A program made the position numbers and the translations under genes. Of a stretch of 64,000 bases of DNA, positions 1-17,112 are shown piece by piece. The first letter of the stretch is position 1. Each line of letters opens with the position of its first letter. Source of the stretch: the human T2T-CHM13v2.0 reference genome, Homo sapiens; assembly GCF_009914755.1 (NCBI RefSeq), contig NC_060944.1; one strand, given 5' to 3'. The notes beneath the pieces were generated by a model. The model made no database searches, was not told where the DNA came from, and saw only the letters and a list, made by a program, of their open reading frames with translations.

Positions 1-50
1 GACCATAGCCTGCCTGGCATCAGTGGAGTTCTGTGACTTCATTTGCTTAG

Positions 51-191
51 ATTCAGTATGATGTTGGCCGGATTAAGCAGAAGATGAAAGAATTGGCCAG
101 CCTTCATGACAAGCATTTAAACAGACCCACCCTGGATGACAGCAGCGAAGAGGAACATGCCATTGAGATAACTACCCAAGAGATCACTCAG
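51..191 (+). CDS. STX16: Syntaxin-16 internal coding exon (141 nt; [15 protein letters not shown]...EITQ, Habc region)
   Basis: ttag acceptor and gtgagg donor; phase 0-0; recognisable syntaxin-16 peptide. Upstream exons lie outside the window. Confidence 0.96.
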
Positions 192-574
192 GTGAGGAGT
201 GCAAGTGAGTCCTGGGGAAACCAGCGAGCCTTCTCATGGCAATCTCAGAAACTAGAGTGTTACTCAGAATCAGTCTCCTGGAGTCATTTCCCAACCTGAA
301 GTTCTCAGAGGGACCTCAAGAGGCCCTGAAGTCCTCCAGCTGTCAGCGTAGGTACCTGTGAGGCCTTGGAGGTATGGGGACTGTTTTTCAATTGTTGGCA
401 GATAACTGCTGTGGACGGATTAAGTAAATATGAAATTTCAAACATTATCGAGTTCAATCATTTGATTTTAAAATGTATAACTAATATCGTATACTAGTGT
501 TAAGAAATTTCAATGCTAAATTATAGTCCTCATAATTGAAAAAACAACTTAGTATCCTAGAAAAAATTTTTTAT

Positions 575-965
575 AAATATTAAATTTGATTAATTTTAAA
601 ATAATAGGACTAGTGTTGAAACCTCAGTGTTTACATTTTTTACTGAAGTCTCCTGGGTGCTAATTATCAGAGGAGTGTGGTGCTTTGAGAAAAGCCCTGG
701 GGGGTTGGAATGTTGGAACCCTGGCTCTTAGCAGTTTAACAGTTACACGATTCTCATTTAATCCCTCTGACTCTAGTGTTCTCATCTGTAAAATGGGACT
801 AATAATCATAGTACCATCCTCATAGGATGCTTGTTAGGGATTAAATGAGAGGAATGCAATAATAATATGATATATGATAATACAGGTTGAACATTCCTAA
901 TCTGAAATCCAAAATGCTCCAAAATTTGAAACTTTCTTTTGAGTGCCAATATGACACTCAAAGGA
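575..965 (+). repeat. 391-bp direct repeat, copy 1
   Basis: Matches 3553-3943 except C/T at 748/3726 and 936/3914. Confidence 0.97.
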
Positions 966-1111
966 ATGCTCATTGGAGCATTTTGGATTTCGAATTTTCA
1001 GATTGGGGTACTCAACTAGTAGGTATTCTGCAAATATTCCAAAATCTCCCGAAATTTGAAATCCTAAACATTGCCAATCCCAAGCATTTCGGATGAGGGA
1101 TACTCAGCCTG
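883..1111. mobile_element. Tigger4a/MER46A-like TcMar MITE
   Basis: TA-CAGGTTGA...ACTCAGCCTG terminal inverted repeats; internal AAATGCTCCAAAAT motifs. Confidence 0.8.
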
Positions 1112-1354
1112 TCTAACGTGATGATATGTGAGCAGCTGGGCACACAGCAGGCCCTACATAGCAGGAGCTGAAATCTAGTGAAATCTTTCTGTGTATATAA
1201 ATGAAGCCACAGATTCCTTTTATCTGTTCACCTTTCTCTAAACCAGACTGAGTGAACAGAGCCTCTCACTTCTCACTCTGGCTTGTGATGTGGCAGTGTT
1301 AGCAGAGGGGCTTCTCTCCCAGGCTTGCCCTGAGCCTCGGGCTTGTTCTCTTAG

Positions 1355-1517
1355 CTCTTCCACAGGTGCCAGCGTGCCGTGCAGGCCCTGCCGAGCCGGG
1401 CCCGGGCCTGCTCCGAGCAGGAGGGGCGGCTGCTTGGGAACGTGGTGGCCTCGCTGGCGCAGGCCCTGCAGGAACTCTCCACCAGCTTCCGGCACGCACA
1501 GTCAGGCTACCTCAAAC
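1355..1517 (+). CDS. STX16: Syntaxin-16 exon (163 nt; [15 protein letters not shown]...QSGYLK), CpG-rich
   Basis: ttctcttag acceptor, gtgagt donor; continues the previous exon in frame. Confidence 0.95.
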
Positions 1518-1902
1518 GTGAGTGCTGCCCGGGCCTAGTGAAGGGATTTTGAGTAAGAAAAGCACTTTATGTTTTCTTTTTTGCCACTATTTTTTCATTT
1601 AGTCCAGTACCTTTCATTGTTAGCTTTTGAACATGCTCATACCTTGTACAGTAAAGGGAAGCCTCCTCCCCATGTGAAACCCTGGCTTGGAATGAAGGCA
1701 CAGCGTGGGGTACCGACCAAGGCTGGGGGAGGGCACCAAGATAGTTCAGCATCTCAGCAAACAAAATTTGTTTTGTGTCAAGCTGCAAGAATTTGAAAAT
1801 CAACCAAGCACATTTTAAAAACCTGTTGTTTTCTGGATGTTGGGGTTTGGGAGAGCTGCTCTTCAATAGGTAAAAAGCAGTTGTTATTACTGAAAGCCAC
1901 AT

Positions 1903-1915
1903 ATTTGCATAACAA
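1903..1915. promoter_or_regulatory. OCT4-SOX2 composite motif (ATTTGCATAACAA), likely core of the STX16 imprinting-control enhancer
   Basis: Perfect octamer ATTTGCAT abutting the SOX core AACAA, inside the interval bracketed by the 391-bp repeats. Confidence 0.75.
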
Positions 1916-2575
1916 CCAAAGTGTTTGAGAGCACCTGAGAAAACCTCCCCAGGGTCCTTGAAACACTTCCTCTGCTGGCACCACAGGTTTCACCCAGCAG
2001 ACCTTTTCTTCCCAAATAGTGCAAAGCCAGATTTCAGCTCTCTTCTCATTCTAATCACCCTGTAAACTGGGTTTTTTAAAATTGCCCTTGCAATCAATAA
2101 AGTCCCCACATACTCCAAAAAACCTAGTTCTCCCTCCCTCTGACAACTGGCATATTTGTATTTTAATTTTATTATTTCCAAAATTTGATTAGGGCCATAT
2201 GGAATTCATACTAGAGATGCTTCTAGAGAGAAATACTGATTTTTTAAAATGTTTTGTAACAGCAGTTAGATTAAATATTTCTGCTTCACTTAGAGATTCT
2301 CAGATGGTTGTGTCATTTTTATCTTGGCATCAAGTGAATTGTGCACATTTACACTGTGACTTTTGTCTTGAGTAATCCCAAATGCCTGCATATTGTTGTA
2401 TGTTTGTAATCCTTTACTCTCCCTCCACCCCCATTGGAGATAGGCTTCTTTAAAGCGGCTAAGAATATCTCAATTTTGACTGTTGGAGTTTACTCTAGAA
2501 TTCCCCCTTTTAATGGTAGAACAATACTCAGGATGGTTTACATATTCAAGTAAAATGAATTCCTATCTGTGATAG

Positions 2576-2667
2576 GCATGAAGAATCGAGAGGAAAGATC
2601 CCAGCATTTTTTCGACACATCAGTACCACTAATGGATGATGGAGACGATAACACTCTTTACCATCGG
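2576..2667 (+). CDS. STX16: Syntaxin-16 exon (92 nt; (R)[14 protein letters not shown]...LYHR)
   Basis: atag acceptor, gtacgt donor; phase 1-0 fits both neighbours. Confidence 0.95.
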
Positions 2668-3217
2668 GTACGTGAACGGGCTGCAAAGCTGATTGCTGTG
2701 TCTGTGCACCCCATTCTGCATCTTTCACCTCCTAGACCTCGATCTTCTGTGCAGTGTCAGTGGATTGATACAGTTGACTTGTATATTCATCAGGTTGTTT
2801 TGCAGCAGGTGGAAGAACAGCCGTACTGTTTCTTCCTTTCCAAAGGCCACAGGGAGACCTTGTAATCTGCTTTCCAGAGCCTTTGGGAAAGTGGTCAACA
2901 CCCTGCCTTCTTAGGAAGAGCCCAGAGAAACAGAGGGCTATCCCGGGGGTTTTGTTTATCTGCCCTTGTGGAGTTGGCAGACGTGGGCTTCTGTCTTCCC
3001 TGCTATGGCCTCAGAGCTTTAGATCCTGCTGGTTTAGGGAATTTGAATCTTTCCTGTTAGGGAAAAATGAGTGCTTACTGTGCTTTGTAGAAATATTTTC
3101 AGAATTCATTTTCTTTAAATTATTTTCATTGTCTTTAAATTATATCTAAACAAGTATACCATAGCTTTCCTGAGAGGGAAAACAATCTATCCAACACATT
3201 GTGCACTGTCTTGCTAG

Positions 3218-3361
3218 GGTTTTACAGAGGACCAGTTAGTTCTGGTGGAGCAGAACACACTGATGGTGGAAGAGCGGGAACGAGAGATTCGCCAGATTGT
3301 ACAGTCCATTTCTGACCTGAATGAAATATTCAGGGACTTAGGGGCGATGATTGTAGAACAG
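3218..3361 (+). CDS. STX16: Syntaxin-16 exon (144 nt; [13 protein letters not shown]...AMIVEQ, Qa-SNARE motif)
   Basis: ctag acceptor, gtacgt donor; SNARE heptad sequence ending at the zero-layer Q. Confidence 0.96.
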
Positions 3362-3488
3362 GTACGTGAGCTGGCCTTCCTCGTGAATAGGTTTTCCTGC
3401 CATACTATCTGTACCTTCTTTTTCCTGTACTCCTTTCAGGGAAAAAAATTGGAGCCAATTTTCCCAACATGTGTGTGCACCTGTCCTT

Positions 3489-3490
<2 letters not shown>

Positions 3491-3540
<50 letters not shown>
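3491..3540. repeat. (TG)n microsatellite
   Basis: Directly visible. Confidence 0.95.
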
Positions 3541-3541
<1 letters not shown>

Positions 3542-3552
3542 TAATATTAATC

Positions 3553-3943
3553 AAATATTAAATTTGATTAATTTTAAAATAATAGGACTAGTGTTGAAAC
3601 CTCAGTGTTTACATTTTTTACTGAAGTCTCCTGGGTGCTAATTATCAGAGGAGTGTGGTGCTTTGAGAAAAGCCCTGGGGGGTTGGAATGTTGGAACCCT
3701 GGCTCTTAGCAGTTTAACAGTTACATGATTCTCATTTAATCCCTCTGACTCTAGTGTTCTCATCTGTAAAATGGGACTAATAATCATAGTACCATCCTCA
3801 TAGGATGCTTGTTAGGGATTAAATGAGAGGAATGCAATAATAATATGATATATGATAATACAGGTTGAACATTCCTAATCTGAAATCCAAAATGCTCCAA
3901 AATTTGAAACTTTTTTTTGAGTGCCAATATGACACTCAAAGGA
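3553..3943 (+). repeat. 391-bp direct repeat, copy 2
   Basis: Offset 2,978 bp from copy 1; 389/391 identical by eye. Confidence 0.97.
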
Positions 3944-3949
3944 TATATA

Positions 3950-4629
<680 letters not shown>

Positions 4630-5694
4630 TATATGTGTGTATTTACAAATTATATACATAGGCTACTGTCATTCCCTATAAGAATATTAATAAATCTTTT
4701 TTTGATAAATGAAGTTCTAATATTCTCTTCCCATGCCTCGAGGGTACTCATGTGAGCACCCTACTCTAGAGACCTAGTTGACTCTGACCGAGCTCAGCAA
4801 TGATTCTGACGCTATAGAAGATTTCCCTTCTAATTTTGGCAGGTTATTGTGTAATGGCAATTGGAACCACTAGCGTTCAAGTAGAATTAAATTGTTGTTC
4901 ACCGTTAAAATCTGATTAGGGCATTTTATTATCTTGCCAGCAGGGATTTGGGTCCTGATCCCCCTGAAACCAACTGCAGAATGGAGTGTTCAGGCTCTGG
5001 AAGATCCAGTTACATTAATTACTCCAGTGGTTCCCAGTGAACTGCTATCTCTTCTAATCCAGCATGTTTCCAATAAAAGCTCTGTTCTTCCTCATAGCCC
5101 AGTGTCCCCGTCTTCCAATTTAATTGTTTAAGAGATTAAACAATTAAACATCTTCCCCTTGAGTCCAAATTTTTAATTTTAGGTGGTAGACTGGAGTTTA
5201 CCATTTCCTGCTCTGACCCATAGAGATGTGGATCCACGTTTATAGACGTGATAGTCAATTTGCAGGTCTACTTATGACAGGGGCGAGCTTACCTGGTGTT
5301 CTCTGCTTACTTGAATCCAAGTACGTAGGCAGCAAATGGGCGCAGAGCTTCTGTGCTGCTCAGAGCCTCTGTCCACTGGACCATAGATTTCTTAGGGCCC
5401 CAGGAAGTCCGAATATGGCATTTCTATGGCAGCTGAAACCAATAAGGAAACCTCAGTCTGTCAGTACTTCTTTCTCGTGAGCTAGATGTGATGGCACTAA
5501 CCAGCATTCTGCCATCGAGCTCCTGACACTGCTTGAGGGTGAACTCCAGAGCCCTCCGTGTGTACCTGCAGCACACAGGGAAGGAAAACATCATCTTATG
5601 GATGATGATGTCTGTAATTTGCATATCTCATTTTTGACGTTCAGTTTTCCCAGTTGCTATTGTTGATTGTCTGTAACTGTCATTTATTACCTAG

Positions 5695-5775
5695 GGTACA
5701 GTCCTTGACAGAATTGACTATAACGTTGAACAGTCCTGTATCAAAACTGAAGATGGTTTGAAACAGCTTCACAAG
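5695..5775 (+). CDS. STX16: Syntaxin-16 exon (81 nt; [13 protein letters not shown]...KQLHK)
   Basis: ctag acceptor, gtaata donor; C-terminal half of the SNARE motif. Confidence 0.96.
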
Positions 5776-8250
5776 GTAATATGTCTTTCAAGACTTGGGA
5801 ATCTTAGGAACTATTTTCAAATAATCAAGAATTGGTAAGAGGGTTCTTTTCCACCATAACGATCTTCAGCATTCTTGTGTTGTCCACTCTCAATACAGTA
5901 GTGTAAAAAGGGATTCATCATTTCATTTAAAGCCAATTGTGGGGGCTGTTGCCGTTTTATTGCAGTTAATGATTCCAGGTGTATCTCACACTTAAATCCA
6001 AAATTGCTAAGAACTCCTTTTTGTGACAGTAAATTCTAAAGAGATTGGAGTTCTTTCTTTTAGAAAATATTTCATTCTTTTCTAATGCTTCTTGTTTTAG
6101 GAAATCAATTGGGCATTTGCTAAAATATGTGTTGAAAATCTGTCTGCTTGTTGCCGTTGACTTGGGCCTCTCTTGTGATACATTCCTGATGAATTGCTGA
6201 TGGAGAATCATTCTGCAGAAGATAAAAATCTAATCTTCTCTTTAATTACCACAGCATATCTGTATTACCTTGAGAAAAGAGAAGTTTGTTGAAGTGAGAG
6301 TAGTAATTCTTTTATTCTGTGCTAATAAGGTAGCTGTTTCAGGGATGTTTTTATGATATTCTCTTTTAAAAAAATAGATGGAAAGCATCTTAGGAATCTT
6401 ATCGGTTATAAGAAACATGCATAAACGGCTGAGACTCTCATATATAATTGGTTACGTATTTTCTTTAAAAGGAATATAACAATACTTCACAAATTAAATA
6501 ATATCCATTTCCTTGTATCTTTGAGACCCAGTGGAGTTTCTAGCCATATAATGAGTGTTTTGCCAATTCACTGTTGGACTACTCTACCATTTTTCTGAAA
6601 TCAGTCGCTTCCTATACCAGAGATCGCCCCATTTAATAGCAGTATTGGGTTTACAAAAAGTCAGCCCTTGCACTAGTCTAACCAGAAGCCCTGAGCTGTC
6701 TTTTCAGGGGGCTTGTTGCCATGTGTAGGTGGATATGAGACTCCAGCCTGTGGTGGGAAGAGAAGTCTGACCTTGTCTATGCAGGGTTTTTTTAAGCATT
6801 TAGATTAATTTGGTTGCCAAGCCCTGTCTATTAAAAGTGAAAACTAACTTAAGTTTCTCACTCTGTAATACCCAGGTTTTGATGTGCTGCTGAATTATGC
6901 ATTGGTTTTGAAGTTTCTTAAATAAAAACTAGTGAAATATGTTTTGTAATATAACACAGATAAAAGGAAAAGCTTTCTCTGCGGGAGTGAGCAAATCTAG
7001 TGGGAACTAAAAATTTTGTTTTAGGTTCTACTTTATAAATCATTTTGAGAGGTTTTACAGTATATTATTTAGTATTGGCTTCCCTGGTGTTCTGGGTTAC
7101 TTATTAGAAAAGTCAGCGTGCTCCATCTTCCCTCCAGCCACAAGGCTGTAGGCAGCACGCGCGTGCTCGGCAGTCGGCTAGTCTAAGGGTGATTGAGCGT
7201 CGGGAGCTGCTCCCCATGACCGGACTCTCGGTGCTGTCCCCGTGCCTGATGTTTCCTCCTGGTGGATGAGGGGCTCCTCCAGGTGGGCGGGCAGGCTCAC
7301 TTAGGAAACAAGCCCACCGCGGGGGATGGAGCAGGAGAGATTGCCATTCTCGCCAGGGCTGCCTTCCCGCTGTCTCCTCCTCCCTCCTGTGCCATAGCAA
7401 GGTCTGGAAGAGGCAGCGCATGCTCTCCCTGGACGTGCCTCCCGGCGCCCTCTGAACTCTGCTGTCCTCTGGCTCTCCTTTCTCAGTGCTCTGCGTCTTT
7501 CGCCAGCCAGGTGGGGCCCTTTGGCATTTCTCTAGCAGGCATGATGGAGTTCCCGCTCCTGCCGAGCTTCCAGGATGCGGTGTTAAGGTGAAGAGATGTG
7601 CAGGGTGCAGCCTCGTCCCCAGATTGAGCTTGGAGGGCTCCTTTGCTGTATCGTTAGCGGCACTGGGAGGACGCGCCTCAGAGGGATCTTTCTGCATATG
7701 ACATCCATGGGGCACACGTGTCTGTTTTTATTTCAAAGGATGAGTTTTTGTTTCCAAATTTAGGGGAGGTCGAAATGGGGCCTCTTCCGGGTGTCTGTTG
7801 CCTACCTGCCAGGTACGGTCCTCCAGCCCGTTGTTTCCTTCCGCGGTGAAGGAACTGTGCATTCGCTCCAGGAACACGGACCGGGAACAGGCGACCCGTG
7901 CTGCAGGGGCACTTGCCACGGCCTGCAGGAGGAAAAGCCGGGAGAAGCAGGCCCAGCTGCACCCGGAAGCATGAGCTTTCACTTCCCTGTCAGGCTTTGT
8001 CTTAGTAGTAGGTTTCCAACAAATCCATTTCCACGTCCAGGGTAAATAAGCAGCACCAGGATCATGGGGCTCTTCCACTCCTGGTGATTGAATTCCGTGG
8101 GATTGATTGGAGGGATTACAATCATGTAGCCTGTAGCAGAGACCTCAGTCACTGTGCAGAGAGATCTGGAAGCCTCATTCTGGAAACGAGTGGGACTTGA
8201 TTTGGGATTTTGGGGAAAATGACGGCCTTTTTTCCCTCCTCTTTTTGTAG

Positions 8251-8355
8251 GCAGAACAGTATCAAAAGAAGAATCGGAAGATGCTTGTGATTTTAATATT
8301 ATTTGTCATCATCATTGTGCTCATTGTTGTCCTCGTTGGCGTGAAGTCTCGATAA
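8251..8355 (+). CDS. STX16: Syntaxin-16 last coding exon ([10 protein letters not shown] + transmembrane anchor + stop)
   Basis: Pyrimidine tract and tag acceptor; hydrophobic [21 protein letters not shown]; TAA at 8353-8355. Confidence 0.96.
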   Translation, partial: AEQYQKKNRKMLVILILFVIIIVLIVVLVGVKSR

Positions 8356-11570
<3,215 letters not shown>

Positions 11571-13182
11571 AATCCTAGTATTAATTTTAACAATGGGTTC
11601 ATGTTTTCTTCCAGTGCATTTGTGTTAGGGGAGGGCTTGGCCAGTTTTGTGATCCTCTGGGCCCCTGACTCTGTTTTGTGCCTGAGGCCTTTGCCTCAGT
11701 GTCCGAAAGTAGATCTATCTAATGGATGCTTTCAAAGGGACAATCTATTTACTATCTGATATACAAAAAGAACAACTGCCTAAAAGGCAGATAAGTATTT
11801 TTCTTATGAAAATATATGCTTTATATACATACCAAGAAACATTTGGAAATCTCCAAATAAAACTGTGATGTGCCTTGTTGAGAAGCAATTCTTACACACA
11901 GGCTGTAAGAGACTTGACTTTCTAAATGATTTTGTTTCCTACTCTGTTACACCAAAAACTTGAGAGACAAGTGTCTGCCAGTTTAACTCAAAGCCAAGAC
12001 TATGTTTCCCCTTGATTGTGCCTGTCCTGGGGTCCTCCGAGGAGGACCTTTGTCCTGAAACTTGACTTTGATGCATTTGTTTTGCTGGTGGGAGATGTGG
12101 ACCTGAGTGATGGTAGGGGTATGTGGTTTCATCACCAGAACCTATACAAACAAAAAATAGCAGCTGTCATGCCAGGTCTCTTTGGCACCCTTGGCGTTTG
12201 GTCCTGAGGTGTTGCGGCGACTCAACAGCAGAACCCTTCAGAGCCTGTCAACAAACCACACAAAAGAAACAACCTCCTCCTCTTGCACTCTCACCGTGTT
12301 TTTTGTTAAGAAATTACATTTCCCCAACTCGCATGTTGGCCACTGGCTCTGTCCAAGAATCAAATCCACTCTCGAGGGAGAGACGTTTGCCATAGGGTTC
12401 AAGAATATTCTGACCGGCAATGCTATTTAATAACATTGAAGAAATCCTCCATCCCGAAGGGGACCACATAAAGGCGGCAACACCTCTTTGGTGACCTCTT
12501 GGGTTATGTTCTCAGCTGAGTCTTTGGTGGCCCAGTCTTGAACCAGCACTACAAGAGTATGCAGACGCAGTCTGCAGAAGCATTGCTGTCAGTGGAGAGC
12601 TGCAGGATGCCACCAATGACTTGGAGGCATGACTTGCCAAGAGGCCTGGAAGTGGGGAGCCACTGGGGTGTCCCTTTGAATGCTCACTTTGACAGCAGGT
12701 AAACAGGCTGGATATGGATTTCCTCTGTGAAATTTAGCAACCATCCTATAAGAAGTCTGATCCTGATCCAACGTTTGAGCAATCTAGAATCCTTCCTGGT
12801 CCGTCTGCCATAGTTACGTAGCCACAACAAAATTTACCTAGCCTAGCACCATTTCTATCTAAATCTAATAGGATAGCATGTCATTCTACATGGGGCCTTA
12901 ATTGTGATCAGCATCCCTTACTCTAGTCAAGCCATGTGGGACCATGTGGAGAGATCTTTTCACAGAAGGGATGTCCCTAGTTGGGTGTAGAGAAGACAGC
13001 TCATCACAAAGACTTCCTGCTTCTCTGTGGTTCTAATTCATCGATTAGTTATGGTAAGTTTCCATTCCTTCTAAGATTTAGGTAGGCAGGCCTGGTTCAT
13101 CCAACATGAACTACATTTCAGAACCTAGCACTGTGCATGCACATAAATGCATGCCTAGAATTGTATATCTTGGCGTATATTA

Positions 13183-13845
<663 letters not shown>

Positions 13846-14471
13846 TTAATTCTGTTTTGAAAACAACCTCCTCCCAAGTGATGGGTATTAGAAGGAACTA
13901 ATGAGAACCCTGGGTGCAAGCAGAGACTTTTAGCACGTATGAAAGTGCTTCTGATTTAGGACTCGGAGTTAGATGGTGGGTGTCAGCTGCGTGTGTCTTG
14001 TCCCCAACTCCATGCCACCCTCGGGCAGACGTCATGGTACCAGTCTATGGCCAGGCTTTCTTACTACACAAAGAGACATTCCATGGAGTCAAATGGCAGA
14101 GACTTGTGTACAATTATCTGGTCAGTTGAGGCAAAAGAAAATAATCATTTGTCCAATTGTCCAAATTAGCTCTGTGGATTGTCCTGAATGCTCGGGGTAA
14201 CTGTGTGGTTCTCCACTTCAGTTCCGTAACCTGGCTAAGATGGACCATTTAAATGAGGCTCCATTCAACACAATGCACATTTAAATGAGGCTCAGTTGCA
14301 AGAGACCACTGGGCTTAGCGTTTTCAATTTGTCAACTATAATTCTATAATTGCTTTTAGCTAATCATCCAAATGATTACATGTTGTAATGGAGGCAGAAG
14401 ACCCTCGTATGCATCATTTGGTCTCTTTTTCTCAGAGGAAGTGCTGAAGGATCAAATGTTTTGTGTGTCTC

Positions 14472-14496
14472 TGTGTGTGTGTGTGTGTGTGTGTGT
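14472..14496. repeat. (TG)n microsatellite
   Basis: Directly visible. Confidence 0.9.
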
Positions 14497-15677
14497 CCGT
14501 GTTTTAACTTGGTGTTCTGACGCACAACACCATAATAGACCTCCATTTTCATCAACGGTGGGGGAATGAGAACAACGCCCCCCATCCCAACATCCCCCTT
14601 TTCCAGAGGGGGAAACTGAGACCCAAGTTTCCCTCTTGCCAAGGCCACAGGACTAGAACTAGAATCGTCAGTTTTCTGATTTCCAGATCAGGACTATTTC
14701 TGCTTATGCCATTTTAATTTTTCATTTCTTTCCATAAAATTAAATGACCTTCTTCAAGAAAGATTTAATGGTCAAGATGCGATTTGGTAAAAAGCTTCCT
14801 CAAGGATTTTTTTCTTATTACAAAGATGAGACTGGCTGAGGCTGAGAGATTTGCAAGCAGTGGTATGTCATTATCCCCAGCTCAGTTTTTTGTGTAATTG
14901 GTGTGAAGAGATTGCTGCTGATGAATCAGCCTGCTGCTCAACAGAAAATAATGATTCTTTTGTGACGTGAGTCAGTGTACGTACGTGTACGTTTGTGGTT
15001 GTTTATGAAAGGTATGTGTGTACATAAAATGCTTATCAAGATGGATAATGTCATTTTAAAGTGGTAAATAATAAAAAATAGTCCTGAGCAAAACTGATTT
15101 TACAATTGCCTGAGAATGCAGCACTTCATTTTAACACTATGCAATGGCTAGAAATTGATTTTTTTTTTTTAAATCCAATTAAGCCTCAAGGTTGGTTATC
15201 CATTTAAAAGGTCGGATGAGTTAAACAATGACAGTACCTTCAGTTCGTGCTAATAAATTTGCACAGAACTTCAGCACTTACATCGTGTGCCTCACAGAGG
15301 CATACATTTTGTATGTGCACAACACTGAACTACCAAAGTCCCAGCAGTGGTACAGATACACCAGCAGACCCTGGACCCCAACTGGGGGAGTCCCTGAGCT
15401 GACCGCCGGCCCTATCACCTCTTCCACTTAGATCCCCGAAGCACCCCCCACCCCAGAGTGCTGAGTCCTTCCATCTACCTGGCCCCCTTTTCTGTGGCCC
15501 CAAGAGCACTGGGAGATGAAAAGTTGCCTCTCATTTAAAAGGGGGGAAAAAGATGTATTCACTACTTGGTTTTGTGTGCTGCTGAGTTTATAATGTAACA
15601 AATAAATCCTGTTTTAAAAATAGTACTTTATAGTGTGTATTTACTGTGTATTCATAGTGCATTAAGAAAAAGACTTC

Positions 15678-15975
15678 GGCCGGGCACAGTGGCTCATGCC
15701 TGTAATCCCAGCACTTTGGGAGGCAGAGGCAGGCGGATCACGAGGTCAGGAGATCGAGACCATCCTGGCTAACGTGGTGAAACCCTGTCTCTACTAAAAA
15801 TACAAAAAATTAGCCAGGCATGGTGGCGGGCGCCTGTAGTCCCAGCTACTAAGGAGGCTGAGGCAGGAGAATGGCGTGAACCAGGGAGGTGGAGATTGCA
15901 ACACTGCACTCCAGCCTGGGCGACAGAGCCAGACTCCGTCTCCAAAAAAAAAAAAAAAAAAAAAAAGAAAAGAAA
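15678..15975 (+). mobile_element. AluY-like
   Basis: Diagnostic gagatcgagaccatcctggctaa; target-site duplication aagaaaaagacttc. Confidence 0.9.
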
Positions 15976-15987
15976 GAAAAAGACTTC

Positions 15988-16260
15988 GGCTGGGTGCAAT
16001 GGCTCACACCTGTAATCCCAGCACTTTGGGAGGCTGAGATGGGCAGATCACCTGAGGTCAGGAGTTCGAGACCAGCCTTCCCAACATGGTGAAACCCCAT
16101 CCCTACTAAAAATACACGCCCGGCTAATTTTTGTATTTTTAGTAGAGATGGAGTTTCACCATGTTGGTCAGGCTAATTTTGAACTCCTGACCTCAGGTGA
16201 TCCACCAGCCTCGGCCTCCCAAAGTGCTGGGATTACAGGCGTGAGCCACCACGCCAGGTC
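15988..16260. mobile_element. Two Alu left arms joined in inverted orientation
   Basis: + arm 15988-16116, - arm 16117-16260. Confidence 0.9.
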
Positions 16261-16731
16261 AATTCTTTTTACTTTTTAAAAGATCTACATTCAGATACTA
16301 CAGATAGATGTATAATAAACACAAGGGTGTTTCTGGAAAAAAGGTGACTCAGGTTTTTGAAGATTGAATCATTTTCAATGCTCTAGAGAAACATACTATT
16401 TAAAAGGATCCTATAAGTGAAGGTTTTCCTAACAAAAGATTCCTTGATCAAAATAAACATTTAGCTCCTAATTTTGCTTTTCTATAAGTCTCCATTTTCT
16501 TGTACTGAGTTTGCTTAAAGGAATGCGGAACCCCATTTGGTCTGTTAATTATTTCTCTTTTCCTTCTCGCAGCCTCCCTATCCAAAGGCTCCAGGTCTTC
16601 AACATGTCCTTGAAAACTTTTGCAACTACAAAAATAATTTTGCTGGTGTTCAGAAGTAAATAGAGTTTAGTTCCTGAGACATGAAGGTTATTGCTGTATT
16701 ACACTGTGCCCTTCCTGGGAGGATAATTTAG

Positions 16732-17112
<381 letters not shown>

